A stretch of 64,000 nt of DNA from Blasia pusilla (taxonomy: Eukaryota), in NCBI GenBank assembly GCA_050084515.1, contig CM114271.1:48670001-48734000 (forward strand), in the 5' to 3' direction. Numbering within the stretch: the stretch's first letter is position 1; each line of letters begins with the position of its first letter. Both the position numbers and the translations under genes were made by a program. The notes below the pieces were generated by a model that was not told the DNA's origin, searched no databases, and worked only from the letters and a program-made list of their open reading frames with translations. Below are positions 63,098 to 64,000 of the stretch, piece after piece.

Positions 63098-64000
63098 TGT
63101 CACGTCTTTTAGGATAGATCGGTGGGATCTAATAGAGCGCCTTCATGAGTAGTGGAGGACACACCCAGTAGGTTGAGGGTGACCTGGTGAGGCCCTTGGA
63201 AACCTGAGATAGCAGGTTTCCCCTTCGTTTCGGCTCATTTGGAGCAATATTGAGGAACTTACTATTTTAGGTAAGTACCATTTGAGTATATGATCGACTT
63301 ACTATTTTTGGTAAGTGGCCCTTGACCTCCTACATCAGGTCAAGAGCCAAGGAGGTGACTTGGGAGAATAGGTTACCATGGAGAGAGCTTGGGAGAGGGG
63401 AGGGGTATACCTCAAGGAGAGAGAGCTTGAGAGCTCATTCTCTCTTTGTTGAACCTCTTGGCATGAGGCGGCGGAGCTATGGTACCTTGCCTTGTGAGTG
63501 TAACCCAAGCCTCTCATTAGGAGAGTGGGTTTGGTTTGACATGAGAGAGAGTGCACACCTTTGAGAGCTCATGGGGGGGGGGGGGGCGCCCATGGACGAT
63601 TAGCATGAGTTCTCTCAGAGATATGCATGTGAGATCGAGGCGTGGAGGCTCTACTATGACCCATATTATGTGTCATGGACGGAGCCGTTCCCAGACGAGG
63701 AGGAGGAGTCAGGAGAGGCTACTGCCTCTTCCACTAGTGACGTTTTAGGAGGGGTCACTCGCACGGGAGCAGTTGCACCGTCTAGTCGGGTTCGTCCCAA
63801 GTTCAACCCTGTGGTTGAGTTCTTTGCTGAGTTGAGGGCGAGCTACCAGGGGGTACGGACGGAGAAGTTGCGGAGCATCCATGACTTCCATAGGCGCCCG
63901 GGTGAAAGTTTGCGTGAGGCTTACACTCGCTTGCGCCGGTTGATCAACGTCACTCAGGGGGTGACAGAGGCTCAGGGTATCCAGTCATGGTACGCGATGC
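63098..64000 (+). mobile_element. 5' end of another MTase-Gypsy copy (B unit joined by deletion to gag), running off the window
   Basis: 63098-63560 matches 12570-13035; a G-run junction leads into gag matching 15105-15520; inserted just after an RT YIDD motif. Confidence 0.85.

Overview
Eukaryotic plant nuclear DNA, probably from a non-seed plant such as a bryophyte (inferred, not proven). It is mostly nested, decayed transposons around one intact host gene, an hnRNP F/H-like qRRM protein (minus strand, 45825-47347). The dominant repeat is a Ty3/Gypsy-type retrotransposon family with domain order gag - aspartic protease - DNMT3-like C5 cytosine methyltransferase - RT - RNase H - DDE integrase - PHD finger. 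At least five copies retain methyltransferase motifs, and all are disrupted. The most complete copy (28595-38569, minus) does not have two ordinary LTRs. It reads B - internal - PPT - A - B - A, a split-direct-repeat layout, with a near-palindromic end-to-end junction inside the 3' terminus. It also has an apparent self-priming site instead of a tRNA PBS and an antisense 5S rRNA promoter-like segment. Solo B+A units have 4-bp target site duplications (TSDs). Also present: an Athila-like LTR fold-back insertion, a CACTA 3' part, a full-length hAT element carrying two tRNA-like mini-structures, Helitron remnants, a possible P-like transposase remnant and a mitochondrial-type trnY fragment. All alignments and motif calls were made by eye; no database search was run.
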